Source: Dehalococcoidia bacterium (GTDB taxonomy: Bacteria; Chloroflexota; Dehalococcoidia; Plut-88900). Taken from it: a stretch of DNA of 64,000 bases. Where the stretch lies: contig CBDBLV010000005.1 of assembly GCA_965207225.1 (NCBI GenBank), forward strand, positions 1,152,001 through 1,216,000, in the 5' to 3' direction. Every line of letters starts with the position of its first letter. Positions within the stretch are counted from its first letter, which is position 1. Made by a program: the position numbers and the translations under genes. Shown in pieces: positions 29,682 to 38,713 of the stretch. The notes below the pieces were generated by a model. That model was not told where the DNA came from, made no database searches, and worked only from the letters and a program-made list of their open reading frames with translations.

Positions 29682-30370
29682 TCGGGCACTTCCAGCTTCT
29701 CCTTGAGCCAGCCGAATAGCAACTCATCAAGCTCTTCACGGCATTCCATCAGGCCGTGGCCCGCGCCTTCGAAGTAGCGGAGTTCCTTGGGCTGCTGGGC
29801 GAGGTCGTAGATGAACTGGGAAGCGCGGGGTGGAAGGATGGCATCGTCGGTGCCATGGACCAGGAGGAGGGGTCGGGGGGCTATGTCGGCCACCCGCTGT
29901 GCACCGGCGCTCTGGCTTGAGAGACCAGCGACGGCAACCACCTTGTCATTGTACGGTGCTGCAGCGATGACTACGGCCCCGCCGAAGGAGTGCCCGACCA
30001 GGGCCACTCTCTCAAAACCGACGCCCGACAACAAGGTAACCCCAGCCAGCGTATCCAGAACGCATTCATAGAGGTCGTTGGGCAAACGGTAGTCGAGGCG
30101 GAGGGAGGCTATGCCTTCGGCGGTCAGTTTTTCGGCAAGGCGTACGTAGATGCCGCCGGCGGGGCCCGTGACGCCTCCCCCGGCTCCCCAGACCCATACG
30201 ACGGCGGCATCCATCGTCTGGGTAGGATGAAAGAGGCTGAAGATGTTGCCCCGGGAAGTGTTGATGAGGGTACCTTGACCGGAGTGGCCTTCCGGGGCTC
30301 GGAAACCCTGGTACCCCTGCACCTGGATTTGTTCGTCGTTGGCGGGTGGAGGGCCAGAGGGGCCAGTCAT
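29669..30370 (-). CDS. Alpha/beta hydrolase
   Basis: GHSFGG, LLVHGTDD, EGAGH; ATG overlaps the upstream TGA (TGATG coupling). Confidence 0.85.
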   Translation of the reverse strand: MTGPSGPPPANDEQIQVQGYQGFRAPEGHSGQGTLINTSRGNIFSLFHPTQTMDAAVVWVWGAGGGVTGPAGGIYVRLAEKLTAEGIASLRLDYRLPNDLYECVLDTLAGVTLLSGVGFERVALVGHSFGGAVVIAAAPYNDKVVAVAGLSSQSAGAQRVADIAPRPLLLVHGTDDAILPPRASQFIYDLAQQPKELRYFEGAGHGLMECREELDELLFGWLKEKLEVPDQAS

Positions 30371-31887
30371 CAGGATATGACCAGGTCCCTGGCCTGCACT
30401 ATCGACCACAGTTTGGCCTCCGCCGTTTTAGCAGAGGCAACGGGGTTGTCGGCGAAGGTGGCGAAACCGCAGTCGGGGGTGAGGAGAAGGCGCTCCTTGC
30501 CAAAGAGGTCTACGCCCAGATCTACGCTTTCGCGGATGGCGTAGGGGGTTTCTACGGCGTCGAGCTTCTGGTTAACGACGCCGATGCCGATGCGCTTGTC
30601 CTCGGGCAGCATGCCCAGCACCGAGGCCTCTCCTGCCCGAGGAGTGGACAGTTCAAAGAAGAGTGTCCCGACGTTTGCGCTCTTGAGCAGGTCCAACAAA
30701 GGCCTGTAGTCTCCTGAGAGTGCCGCCGACTCGTCACGGGTCCAGTTACCGCGGCAGATGTGGAGGCCCAGGCGGTCGGTGGGGAGGTCGCAGACAACCT
30801 CGTTAAGGAGGTTGGTTGCGAAGTCCAGTTCGGCGTCGGGAGGGAGCTTTTCGCTCAGGGCGCCGCACATGAATGTCCGGTTACCGGTTGCGTTGCCGAA
30901 CACGACCTCGGTGAGAACGGGTTCATCGAACTGGACGAGGGCTGCGCCGGAGGCGAGGAGGAAGTGAATCTCTTCGCGGAGGACTCGAACTACGTCCTGG
31001 GCGAGGTCTTCACGGGTCTGGTATGGGAGGTCGGTGAGGCAGTCGAGCCACATGGTGCGGGTGAGGAGGTAGGGGCCAGGGAGGGCAATCTTGATGGGCT
31101 TCTCAGTGCACTCCCGAGCAAATTTCAGTTCGTGGAGGGCGAGGGGACGGCTTCTACCCAGCTTTCCGTAGACTACGGGGTGTCGGACCTCGCCAGCGGG
31201 GACATCCAGGGCTCGAAGCTCTTTTTCGAACTTCTCCGGGTCGTCGACCATTGCGGTCAGGTCGGTCAATGGAATCAGCTGGCAGTTGTCGAGGAGGCCC
31301 CCGACAAAGCTGGCGTAACTGTCCCGTCGCTGTTCGCCGTCAGTCACCACATCAACGCCGGCCCGGACCTGGGCGTCGATTGAAAGTCGGACCGCGTCGT
31401 CGGCGGTGGCCTGGAAGTCTTCCTCGTCGAGCCGACCCTCAAGCCGGTCGTGGATTGCCTGGAGCATCCAGCGGGGGCGCGGCCAGCTGCCGATACCCAT
31501 GACGGACAAAGGGGCAATCTTCGGGGCGGGGGCGGGTGGGGGGAGGTGGTCGGGTATAGATACCTCCACTCGGAGCTGTTCCCCTATGGAGGGAACGGGC
31601 TGAACCGGGGCTGCGGCCCGGCTTCTCGATAATGGGCCCTTGCTCACCAGGAAGCTGCGCTGGCCGTTGACCCTGGTCCAGGAGACCATTTCGTTGCTGG
31701 TCATCCGGCACCAGGCGGGCAGCTCCACTTCGACTGTGGAGTCGGTGGAGAGGATTTCGAGCAAACCGCCGCGTTCCATGGGGTCGATGTGGCGGCGAAT
31801 CAGGAGCAGGAGCCCGCTGCCGCAGTCCAGGTCTCCGCCGTCGAAGCTGACGTCCGGGGTGTAGGGATGGCGGTCTACGGGGTCCAT
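30370..31887 (-). CDS. TusA-like domain fused to cobalamin-independent methionine synthase II (MetE C-terminal) domain
   Basis: N-term FDGGDLDCGSGLL...LEILSTD...LPAWCR; C-term GSWPRP, TDGEQRR, QFDEP, HICRGN, TPDCGF. Confidence 0.85.
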   Translation of the reverse strand: MDPVDRHPYTPDVSFDGGDLDCGSGLLLLIRRHIDPMERGGLLEILSTDSTVEVELPAWCRMTSNEMVSWTRVNGQRSFLVSKGPLSRSRAAAPVQPVPSIGEQLRVEVSIPDHLPPPAPAPKIAPLSVMGIGSWPRPRWMLQAIHDRLEGRLDEEDFQATADDAVRLSIDAQVRAGVDVVTDGEQRRDSYASFVGGLLDNCQLIPLTDLTAMVDDPEKFEKELRALDVPAGEVRHPVVYGKLGRSRPLALHELKFARECTEKPIKIALPGPYLLTRTMWLDCLTDLPYQTREDLAQDVVRVLREEIHFLLASGAALVQFDEPVLTEVVFGNATGNRTFMCGALSEKLPPDAELDFATNLLNEVVCDLPTDRLGLHICRGNWTRDESAALSGDYRPLLDLLKSANVGTLFFELSTPRAGEASVLGMLPEDKRIGIGVVNQKLDAVETPYAIRESVDLGVDLFGKERLLLTPDCGFATFADNPVASAKTAEAKLWSIVQARDLVIS

Positions 31888-31908
31888 GAAGGGCTCATCT
31901 GCGGCTTA

Positions 31909-32271
31909 TCAGTACGAGACGCAGGGGCTGCCGTCGGAGAGAAACTCCACCAGCTTTGCTCCACCGACTATGGTCGCACCGTCAACGAGGGAGTTCTCGT
32001 CGAGGCCGCGCTTCTTGAAGCAGGGGGCACAGACGAAGATGTCGCCACCGAAGGATGCGAAGCTTTCCATCAGGTCCTTGAGAGGCAGGAAGCCGTCCTC
32101 GTGGATGTCGTCGACGTAGCCCTTCTGGGCGACTCGTACACCCTCGGTGCTGAGGAAGACCATAGTCTCTTTCTCCGAGCCGAGGGCGGCGTTGGCGATT
32201 ACGAAGGCCACAGTAGCCTTGTCGGGGTTGTCTTTGGCATGGGTAAGGCTGACACAGAACTTATCGGACAT
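31909..32271 (-). CDS. DsrE family sulfur-relay protein
   Basis: KATVAFVIANAA, FLSTEGV, VCAPCFKKRG. Confidence 0.85.
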   Translation of the reverse strand: MSDKFCVSLTHAKDNPDKATVAFVIANAALGSEKETMVFLSTEGVRVAQKGYVDDIHEDGFLPLKDLMESFASFGGDIFVCAPCFKKRGLDENSLVDGATIVGGAKLVEFLSDGSPCVSY

Positions 32272-32289
32272 TTGGGTTCCTTTCAGGGT

Positions 32290-32523
32290 CTATTTTTGTT
32301 CGATCCAGTAGTGAGGGTGGTCTGCTTTGAGGAGTCGGCGGCCGGTGAGCCGGCACCAAGCGGGGATGTCTTGGTGGGCGCCGAGGTCGTAGGTTGTGAG
32401 CTTGAACACCTCGCCCGGGGCCAGGGGCTGGACGCGCTGCCTGAGCAGGATGATGACCTCACCGCAGCCCATGTGGCCTGCGTCCCAATAATCGGCTGCA
32501 GCGAATTCCTGAAGGGTGTCCAT
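32290..32523 (-). CDS. TusA/SirA family sulfur carrier
   Basis: WDAGHMGCGE...PGEVFKLTTYDLGAHQDIPAWCRLTG. Confidence 0.85.
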   Translation of the reverse strand: MDTLQEFAAADYWDAGHMGCGEVIILLRQRVQPLAPGEVFKLTTYDLGAHQDIPAWCRLTGRRLLKADHPHYWIEQK

Positions 32524-32682
32524 TCGGGTAGCAGTTTGGCCGTTATCAGTGTTAACCACGGATATGAAACGGCATTGGAGGAGTGTACCCAAGGGACGCA
32601 TTGGCTACAAGGGGGTGCATGTGGAGTCTGCTATCCTTAAACTGTCCGGTGAAATACCCATGCTTTCAGTGGAGGAATCGGG

Positions 32683-33294
32683 ATGACGGAACTGGCAAAT
32701 AAACGTTTGGACTATCACGTCCCCGCTCGAGAGGGCAAGGCGTTCAGGGTGTCCAAAGGCGAGTTGATCAAGGTGATTGATCTGAGAGGCGGCCAGGCGG
32801 TCGACCTCTTCGCTTTCAACGTCGAAAACGTCAAGGAATTCCTTAGCGCCCACCACACCCGGCCTTCCATCGAGAGGCTGTTCCCCATTGAAGGGGAGGC
32901 TTTCTATACCCAGGAGCGTCGGCCCATTATCACCCTCGTGAAGGACCACAGCCCCGGCATCCATGACCTGCTTTTCGCTGCGTGCAACCCGAGCCGGTAC
33001 CGGGAGTTGGGGGTGGAGGGGTGGCACGCCAGCTGCGAGGAGAACCTGCAGAAGGAGATGGAGAAGATCGGGGTGCCGGGCGTCGAGGTCCCGCAGCCGG
33101 TCAACCTGTTCACCAATTTCCCGGTGTTCCCCGATGGGCGGATGGGCGTAGCTGCTCCGCAGACCAAGGCCGGTGACTACGTGATTCTCAGGGTGGAGAT
33201 GGACTGCTGGATATGTGTCTCGGCGTGCCCGCAGGACCAGAACGACACCAACAGCGGCAACCCCACGGACGTCAGTGTGGAAGTTGGTTCGTAA
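32683..33294 (+). CDS. DUF1989 (urea carboxylase-associated) protein
   Basis: GGQAVDL, HDLLFAAC, HASCEENL, NLFTN, SACPQD. Confidence 0.88.
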   Translation: MTELANKRLDYHVPAREGKAFRVSKGELIKVIDLRGGQAVDLFAFNVENVKEFLSAHHTRPSIERLFPIEGEAFYTQERRPIITLVKDHSPGIHDLLFAACNPSRYRELGVEGWHASCEENLQKEMEKIGVPGVEVPQPVNLFTNFPVFPDGRMGVAAPQTKAGDYVILRVEMDCWICVSACPQDQNDTNSGNPTDVSVEVGS

Positions 33295-33311
33295 CCAACG
33301 AAAGAGACGTG

Positions 33312-33824
33312 ATGGAAGGCGCATCAATAGTAGAGCAGGTGGCAGAGGCGCTGAAGGAGCGGGGGCTGACTGTCTCGGTGGCTGAGGCCTGTACCTCGGG
33401 GCTGATAGCGTCGAAGCTGACCAGCGTATCGGGTAGTTCTCGCTATTTCCTGGGAGGCGTCTTGGCCTATGCCAACCAGGTCAAGGAGGGGGTGCTCGGG
33501 GTGCCGAAGGGCGTGATGGTCATGGAGGGGTCGGTCTCGCCAATCACAGCCCGAGAGATGGCCAAGGGCGCCCGACACCTGATAGGAACGGACCTCGCCG
33601 TTGCCGCAACGGGAGTCATGGGCCCGACGGGCGGCACCAGGACCAAACCCGTGGGACTGTTCTTCGTGGCGGTTGCAGGTGATGATATCGACGTTTGCGT
33701 GGAGAGACGCTTCTCGGGGGACAGGGCCGAGAACCGGGAGTCGGCGTCCAACGCCGCCATAGAGCTGCTGAGAGACATTCTGATGGGCAACAGCCCCGAG
33801 TCGGAGGTTCCCGCCAGGGACTGA
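33312..33824 (+). CDS. CinA C-terminal / NMN amidohydrolase PncC-like
   Basis: VAEACTSGLIA, GSSRYFLGG, TGVMGPTGGT..KPVG. Confidence 0.85.
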   Translation: MEGASIVEQVAEALKERGLTVSVAEACTSGLIASKLTSVSGSSRYFLGGVLAYANQVKEGVLGVPKGVMVMEGSVSPITAREMAKGARHLIGTDLAVAATGVMGPTGGTRTKPVGLFFVAVAGDDIDVCVERRFSGDRAENRESASNAAIELLRDILMGNSPESEVPARD

Positions 33825-34732
33825 TGGTACAGGAGGACGTTTCCCTCACGGAGGTCCGGGACGAAGCCATTGACATGGCCAAAGGGGCGGCCCGAATCCT
33901 CGAGAGCCATTTCGGAAACGTGGGGGGAGTGGAAGGGAAGGCGGGCAGCAAGTCCGACCTGGTATCCGAGGCGGACAAGGAGAGCGAAGCCTACCTGAAG
34001 GGCGAGATCGCCCGGCGTTTCCCGGGCCACGGGATCCTGGGAGAAGAGGGTACGGACGAGCAGACCGAGGAGTCGGAGTTTATATGGGTTCTGGATCCCC
34101 TGGACGGCACTCTCAACTACATCAACGGCCTGCCGATCTACGCGGTTTCCATAGGGGTGCTCCACAATGGGGAACCGGAGGTCGGGTGCATATGGACGCC
34201 TTGGCCCGCGAAGTCAGAAGGGGTGCTGTTCCACGCCTGCAAGGGGCAAGGGGCTTTCAAGGATGACGTTCCTGTAGCAGTGAAGCAGAACCCCGCACCC
34301 CAGCCTGGCCAGCTGGCCATATTCCACCGGGACTTCCGGATGATGTATACGAAGAATGCCGGCCCGAGCGCACCAATTGGGGAGGGTCGGGGGCCGGGGA
34401 GCCTGGCGTACGAGATGGCCCTGACCTCCAGCGGCGTGTTCCAGTATTCGGTGTTCACTGCGCCGCGGATATGGGATGTTGCAGCGGGAATCGTGCTGGT
34501 TAAGGAGGCCGGGGGCTCGGTGCTGACTTACGAGAGGGAACGGAAGCATTGGAAGGAGTTTTCCACGTTTCGGATGGGTACAGGGGATGGAAAAGTCGCC
34601 ACCCCCAGGCTCAGAAACTGGAACTCTCCCATAATGGCGGGCAATGAAGAGCTGGTGCAGTACCTGGCTAAGTTCGCCCGACACGAGACCTTTATAGAGA
34701 AGGTGAAGGGCGTCTTCGGGGGGAACGACTAG
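33824..34732 (+). CDS. Inositol monophosphatase family protein
   Basis: ILGEEG, WVLDPLDGTLNY, WDVAAG. Confidence 0.9.
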   Translation: MVQEDVSLTEVRDEAIDMAKGAARILESHFGNVGGVEGKAGSKSDLVSEADKESEAYLKGEIARRFPGHGILGEEGTDEQTEESEFIWVLDPLDGTLNYINGLPIYAVSIGVLHNGEPEVGCIWTPWPAKSEGVLFHACKGQGAFKDDVPVAVKQNPAPQPGQLAIFHRDFRMMYTKNAGPSAPIGEGRGPGSLAYEMALTSSGVFQYSVFTAPRIWDVAAGIVLVKEAGGSVLTYERERKHWKEFSTFRMGTGDGKVATPRLRNWNSPIMAGNEELVQYLAKFARHETFIEKVKGVFGGND

Positions 34733-34744
34733 GCGGGCAAGCGT

Positions 34745-35515
34745 TCAGACCAGGGGCCAGGGGACCTCCCACCGGCTCCGCAGCACGGGCAACACTGGCT
34801 CACTGAGCACTTCCTGCATTCTCCTGGCCAGCCAGTCAATCTCTTCCTCGTCGAGTAGACCGTGTAGCCGGCTGGCAAGGCCCTCGGGGGTGTAGAACCG
34901 GGCGAGCTCACGGGCCACCGACTCGAGACAATCTCTCGCAATCTTTTCCCCGCCGAAGTCCCAGATGACCGTGCGGAGCTTGGGGTCGATGCTGAAGGTG
35001 AGGCCATGGTCGATGCCCCAGACCTTGCCGCCCGGATCCTTGATGCAGTGGCCGCCCTTCCTGTCCGTGTTGTTGACCAGCAGGTCGAAGACGGCGATGC
35101 GCTTCACCTCCTCTGGGTGGGTGTCCCGGAGGTCGAAGTAGTGGGTCTTGTGGGCATCGCGGATGAAGAGCTGGAGGGAGCCTTCGCCGTAGGGGCCGTC
35201 CCAGATGACGGTCGGGGGGATGAAGTGCCAGCCGAGGGTCTCGCTGAGCACGTAAGCGGCGACCTCCCTCTTGTACAGAGTGCCTATGGGGAAGTCCCAG
35301 AGTGGATTTTCGCCGCGGCGGGGCTTATAGATGCCGTAGTCGAAGGGCTTGCCGTCGAGGGAGAGGGCCACGAGGAAGGTGTAGTTAGAGCCCCTCAGGA
35401 CCTGGTCGCACCTGTCCGCCGTGGCCCGGGTAAGGTCGCGGCATATCTTGGGATGGCGGGAGGGGTCGATGCTCGGCCGAAGGGGGTCATCCGTCCCCTC
35501 GGCGTCCGGCGCCAT
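34745..35515 (-). CDS. SCO1664 family protein (PI3/4-kinase-like fold)
   Basis: GSNYTF, YKPRRGENPLWDFP.GTLYKREVAAY, NNTDRKGGH, IDHGLTF. Confidence 0.88.
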   Translation of the reverse strand: MAPDAEGTDDPLRPSIDPSRHPKICRDLTRATADRCDQVLRGSNYTFLVALSLDGKPFDYGIYKPRRGENPLWDFPIGTLYKREVAAYVLSETLGWHFIPPTVIWDGPYGEGSLQLFIRDAHKTHYFDLRDTHPEEVKRIAVFDLLVNNTDRKGGHCIKDPGGKVWGIDHGLTFSIDPKLRTVIWDFGGEKIARDCLESVARELARFYTPEGLASRLHGLLDEEEIDWLARRMQEVLSEPVLPVLRSRWEVPWPLV

Positions 35516-35516
35516 G

Positions 35517-36035
35517 CTATTGGAGCCTTTCGACAGCGTTGACGGGGTGGCCGTTGGAGCGGGAGCAGAAATGGCCGTCGGGGTTGATGGGCTCGTGGCA
35601 GAGGGGGCAGATGGGCCTGCCGGAGGAGCAGACCCGCAGGCTTTCATCGGCGAATTGCATCACCTGGGCCACCGTGGCCTCGAAAACGAGAGAGGCGACA
35701 TCGGCCTCGTCTTCAACATCGTAGTTCCAGAAGCGGAAAATGCCGCCCTCTTCGTCGAACTCCACGGCCTGCTTGCCCAGCTTGAATTCGAGGACCGGGG
35801 AGTCGAGGGCGGGGAAGTCGAGGCTGGGGGACTGGGCCCCCTCCATGTCATCCATCGTGCCCAGGGTCCTCTTGAGGTGGATCCCCAGCTCCAGGAGCTG
35901 CTCCTTTTCGAGCCAGATGACAGCCGTGCCCAGCTCCGAGCCGACCATTAGCCGGAAGGTGCGCTTACCGGGTTCGCCGATGGCCTCGGGGGCAAAGGTG
36001 TTGACGAGTCCCATGTCCTGGGTGGATTCGGGCAT
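35517..36035 (-). CDS. DUF3090 family protein
   Basis: AIGEPGKRTFRL, LEKEQ, GRPICPLCHEPINPDGHFCSRSNGH. Confidence 0.88.
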   Translation of the reverse strand: MPESTQDMGLVNTFAPEAIGEPGKRTFRLMVGSELGTAVIWLEKEQLLELGIHLKRTLGTMDDMEGAQSPSLDFPALDSPVLEFKLGKQAVEFDEEGGIFRFWNYDVEDEADVASLVFEATVAQVMQFADESLRVCSSGRPICPLCHEPINPDGHFCSRSNGHPVNAVERLQ

Positions 36036-36213
36036 TGGTTCCTCCGGGAGACGCTTGGATGCGATGCGGCCCCTATTCTAACGTTTGGGGGTCGGGGCTT
36101 GCCATAACCGAGGTGGGAACCGGCAGGAATCCCGGTATAGGCTTCGACAGGCGGGGTGGGGTGGGTATAATGGCGCGGTTGTCCGAGGTCCCCAAGCGTT
36201 CAGGATAGATGCC

Positions 36214-37344
36214 ATGACAGAAGAGAGGATCACCAACCTGCTGCCGGAGTTCGCTATTGGGTCGGCGGGGCTGGAGGCGGCATTCGGGGCGGCCTACTTT
36301 GGGGCGTCGATAATCGCGGGATTTCTCGTGTATTTCATCGTCACAAGGATAATCAGGACGGCCACGGGCAAGACCGGGACCTCCCTGGACGATAAGATTG
36401 TCGACGCCGTGGGACGGCCTGTGTTCCTGTTCGTGGTCTTGTTCGGCGCGTATGCGGGGTTGACCGCCTCGACCTTCCTTGACACTCACCAGGAGCAGGT
36501 GGACAGGGGCCTCCTCTCCGCCGTCATCGTGGTTGCGGGATACCTGGTCAGCCGCCTGGTGCATGCATTGATCGCCTGGTATGGCGCCGAGATTGCGAGC
36601 CGGACGGAGACGACGTGGGACGACAGGATTCTGCCGCTGATCGAGCGGGTGACCAACGCGATCATATTCGGGCTGGTGATAATGCTGGTGCTCCAGGCCC
36701 AGGGTCTGAACATCAGCCCGTTGATCGCCGGTCTGGGCATCGGCGGGTTGGCTGTGGCACTGGCGGTGCAGCCCACGCTGGCCAACTTCGTAGCGGGAAC
36801 GTACACGGTGACCGAGAGCGGGATATCCGTCGGGGACTTCATCGAAATAGAAGGCGGGCCATCCGGGTGGGTCGAGCAGGTGGGGTGGAGGACTACGAAG
36901 ATACGGACATTCTGGAACAACCGGGTGATTATTCCGAACGGGAAACTCTCGGAGTCTGTGGTGACCAACTACCAGGGCCCCGACCCCTCTGTCTATGCGC
37001 TGGTGAACGGGGGCGTCAGCTACGACAGCGACCTGCAGCACGTGAACGACGTGGCCCTGGAGGTCGCCCACGACGTACTGAGCAAGACCGAGAAGGCGGA
37101 CATGAGCTACGAGCCGGCGGTAAGGTTCAGGAATTTCGGGGATTCGAACATTGACTTCATGGTGATCTTCAAGGTGAAGGGCTACGTGGACCAGTTCCTG
37201 ATCAAAGACCAGATCATCCGGGGCATCCACAAGCGGTTTGGAGAGGAAGGGATAGAGATCAACTACCCGGTGCGGAAGCTGGTCTACCCGCATGAGGTGT
37301 CGGGTGGGGAGGGAGACGGGAGCCCCCCGATAAACGGGGCTTAG
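36214..37344 (+). CDS. mscS: Small-conductance mechanosensitive channel (MscS family)
   Basis: AGLGIGGLAVALAVQPTLANFVAG, VGDFIEI, GWRTTKIRT, IPNGKL, GVSYDSD, GIEINYP. Confidence 0.92.
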   Translation: MTEERITNLLPEFAIGSAGLEAAFGAAYFGASIIAGFLVYFIVTRIIRTATGKTGTSLDDKIVDAVGRPVFLFVVLFGAYAGLTASTFLDTHQEQVDRGLLSAVIVVAGYLVSRLVHALIAWYGAEIASRTETTWDDRILPLIERVTNAIIFGLVIMLVLQAQGLNISPLIAGLGIGGLAVALAVQPTLANFVAGTYTVTESGISVGDFIEIEGGPSGWVEQVGWRTTKIRTFWNNRVIIPNGKLSESVVTNYQGPDPSVYALVNGGVSYDSDLQHVNDVALEVAHDVLSKTEKADMSYEPAVRFRNFGDSNIDFMVIFKVKGYVDQFLIKDQIIRGIHKRFGEEGIEINYPVRKLVYPHEVSGGEGDGSPPINGA

Positions 37345-37394
37345 GGGCGAGGGCGCCGGGCGCCGACGGGGTATGCGGCTGTGGGGGCGGGGTT

Positions 37395-37459
37395 TTGATT
37401 GAACGTTGATTGAACATTGATTAAACGTTGATTGAACTCGTAGCTGGTTTGATTGAATG
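37395..37459. repeat. AT-rich 11-bp tandem direct repeats
   Basis: TTGATTGAACG TTGATTGAACA TTGATTAAACG TTGATTGAACT, a 10-bp gap, then TTGATTGAATG. Confidence 0.9.
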
Positions 37460-37507
37460 ACGCCTAAAGGGATTTCTGGGGATTTCGCGTGGTGCGGGGG
37501 ACACCCC

Positions 37508-37662
37508 CAGCCCCACAGGGGAACCCTCACCCCCTTGATCCCCCTCTCCCCCTCGAGGGACTCGGGGCAGGCTCTCAGGGCCATTGAGGGAGAGGGGGAG
37601 AGAAGAACAGAGGCGGAGGTTGGCGCAGAAGCGCCAACCTCCGCCTCTAGTTCAATACTGGG
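37508..37662. repeat. Composite repeat family A, copy 1
   Basis: gggaaccctcacccccttgatccccctctccc...gggagag...gaac(t)agag-[hairpin]-ctctagttcaRtactggg; other copies at 38573-38713 and 51714-53124. Confidence 0.85.
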
Positions 37663-37685
37663 AGAAGAAGACAGGACACCACCCC

Positions 37686-37713
37686 AGATTCCTCGCGGGG
37701 CATCGGAATGACA
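37686..37713. repeat. REP-like palindrome, family B
   Basis: agattcctcgcggggcatcggaatg(aca); copies at 38758, 39596, 48152 (variant), 62268 (variant). Confidence 0.85.
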
Positions 37714-37886
37714 GTGTGAGGGGCGTTGGTTGGTGTTTGCGGTCCCGCGCCAGGGAGGAACCCCGCCCCGTTCCGCTCTTGAGACCCTTCGACTCCGCTC
37801 AGGGCGAGCGGAACCCCCACCCGTAGGTTCCCGATCGGGGCCGGGAATGACGGTGTAAAAGGTCGGGGCGGTGGAGAGGGTGGGGT

Positions 37887-38352
37887 AGGCGATGGAAGAT
37901 CCGTGACCAGGGCGCAGGGGCCAGGGGGCCAGGCTGCGCCAGACCCGCAAGTCGGCAGGGCTAGAGGAAGTATCCCTTTGCGGCCTGTCCGTATGCGGGA
38001 GACGCTCTACCATTCGGAGGGATGGGAGCGCGAACTCTCCGCCGTCTCCGGGTGTAAGGGCATCTCCGAGAGATGAGACGGGGGAGTCCTGAAAGGGGTA
38101 TGAACCCCAGACGCTTTCAACCGTTCGGAGGGGGTCGGGCGTATCCTCCTTCCCGTCGCCGTAGTAAAGGGGAGTTCCGAGGGAAGCGACGGGGGAGTCG
38201 AGCCGGGGCGCGATGGCCTCCGGGGACCCGAGGGTGTCGGGTCGTCCCCCTGGCCTGTAGCCGGGGGTGAGTGCGCCATTAAGGTGGCGCAGACGCGGGA
38301 GGGACCTGGGAGACAGGTGTGCCGCGTGTGGTCGATGGACCTTCCATCGCCT
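37887..38352. ncRNA. Putative structured RNA or MITE-like element, family unknown
   Basis: About 22-bp imperfect terminal inverted repeat, many internal hairpins, internal ~90-nt duplication with a compensatory change. Confidence 0.4.
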
Positions 38353-38508
38353 GGTAGGAAAGGGTGAGGGGCTGAGGCGCGTGTCGGTGGCCGGGCGGTC
38401 GCGCAGCGTCCGGGTGCGACGTGAGCTGATCAGGCTGGTGCGTCTCATAGACTCCTTATTCCTTTCCTGTGATGGGCCCCGAGGTACGAGGTCGGTGGCC
38501 TGGGGTGT

Positions 38509-38537
38509 AGTATAGCACGGGGGTTCAGGTAGGGCAA
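38509..38537 (-). promoter_or_regulatory. Sigma70-type promoter with extended -10
   Basis: Minus strand TTGCCC-17 bp-TATACT with TG at the extended -10 position; AAGGAG RBS and ATG at 38448 downstream. Confidence 0.6.
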
Positions 38538-38572
38538 ATGTGCAGGTTGGGGGGGATGCCCCTCGACCCCCC

Positions 38573-38713
38573 AGGGGAACCCTCACCCCCTTGATCCCCC
38601 TCTCCCCCTCGAGGGACTCGGGGCAGGCTCTTAGGGCCTTTAAGGGAGAGAGGAGAACTAGAGGGCCACGGGAGTGCTGCGCACCCCCGTGGCCCTCTAG
38701 TTCAGTACTGGGG
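38573..38713. repeat. Composite repeat family A, copy 2
   Basis: Near-identical frame to 37508-37662 but a different hairpin sequence. Confidence 0.85.

Noticed and set aside
32524-32682. Guanidine riboswitch upstream of DUF1989 genes (also 41293-41446)
   Set aside because: No guanidine-I, -II or -III consensus recognisable
37887-38352. RNase P RNA, tmRNA, SRP RNA or cobalamin riboswitch
   Set aside because: Hallmark motifs (GAGGAAAGUCC, tRNA-like ends with CCA, SRP GGAA loop motif, B12 box) not found by eye on either strand
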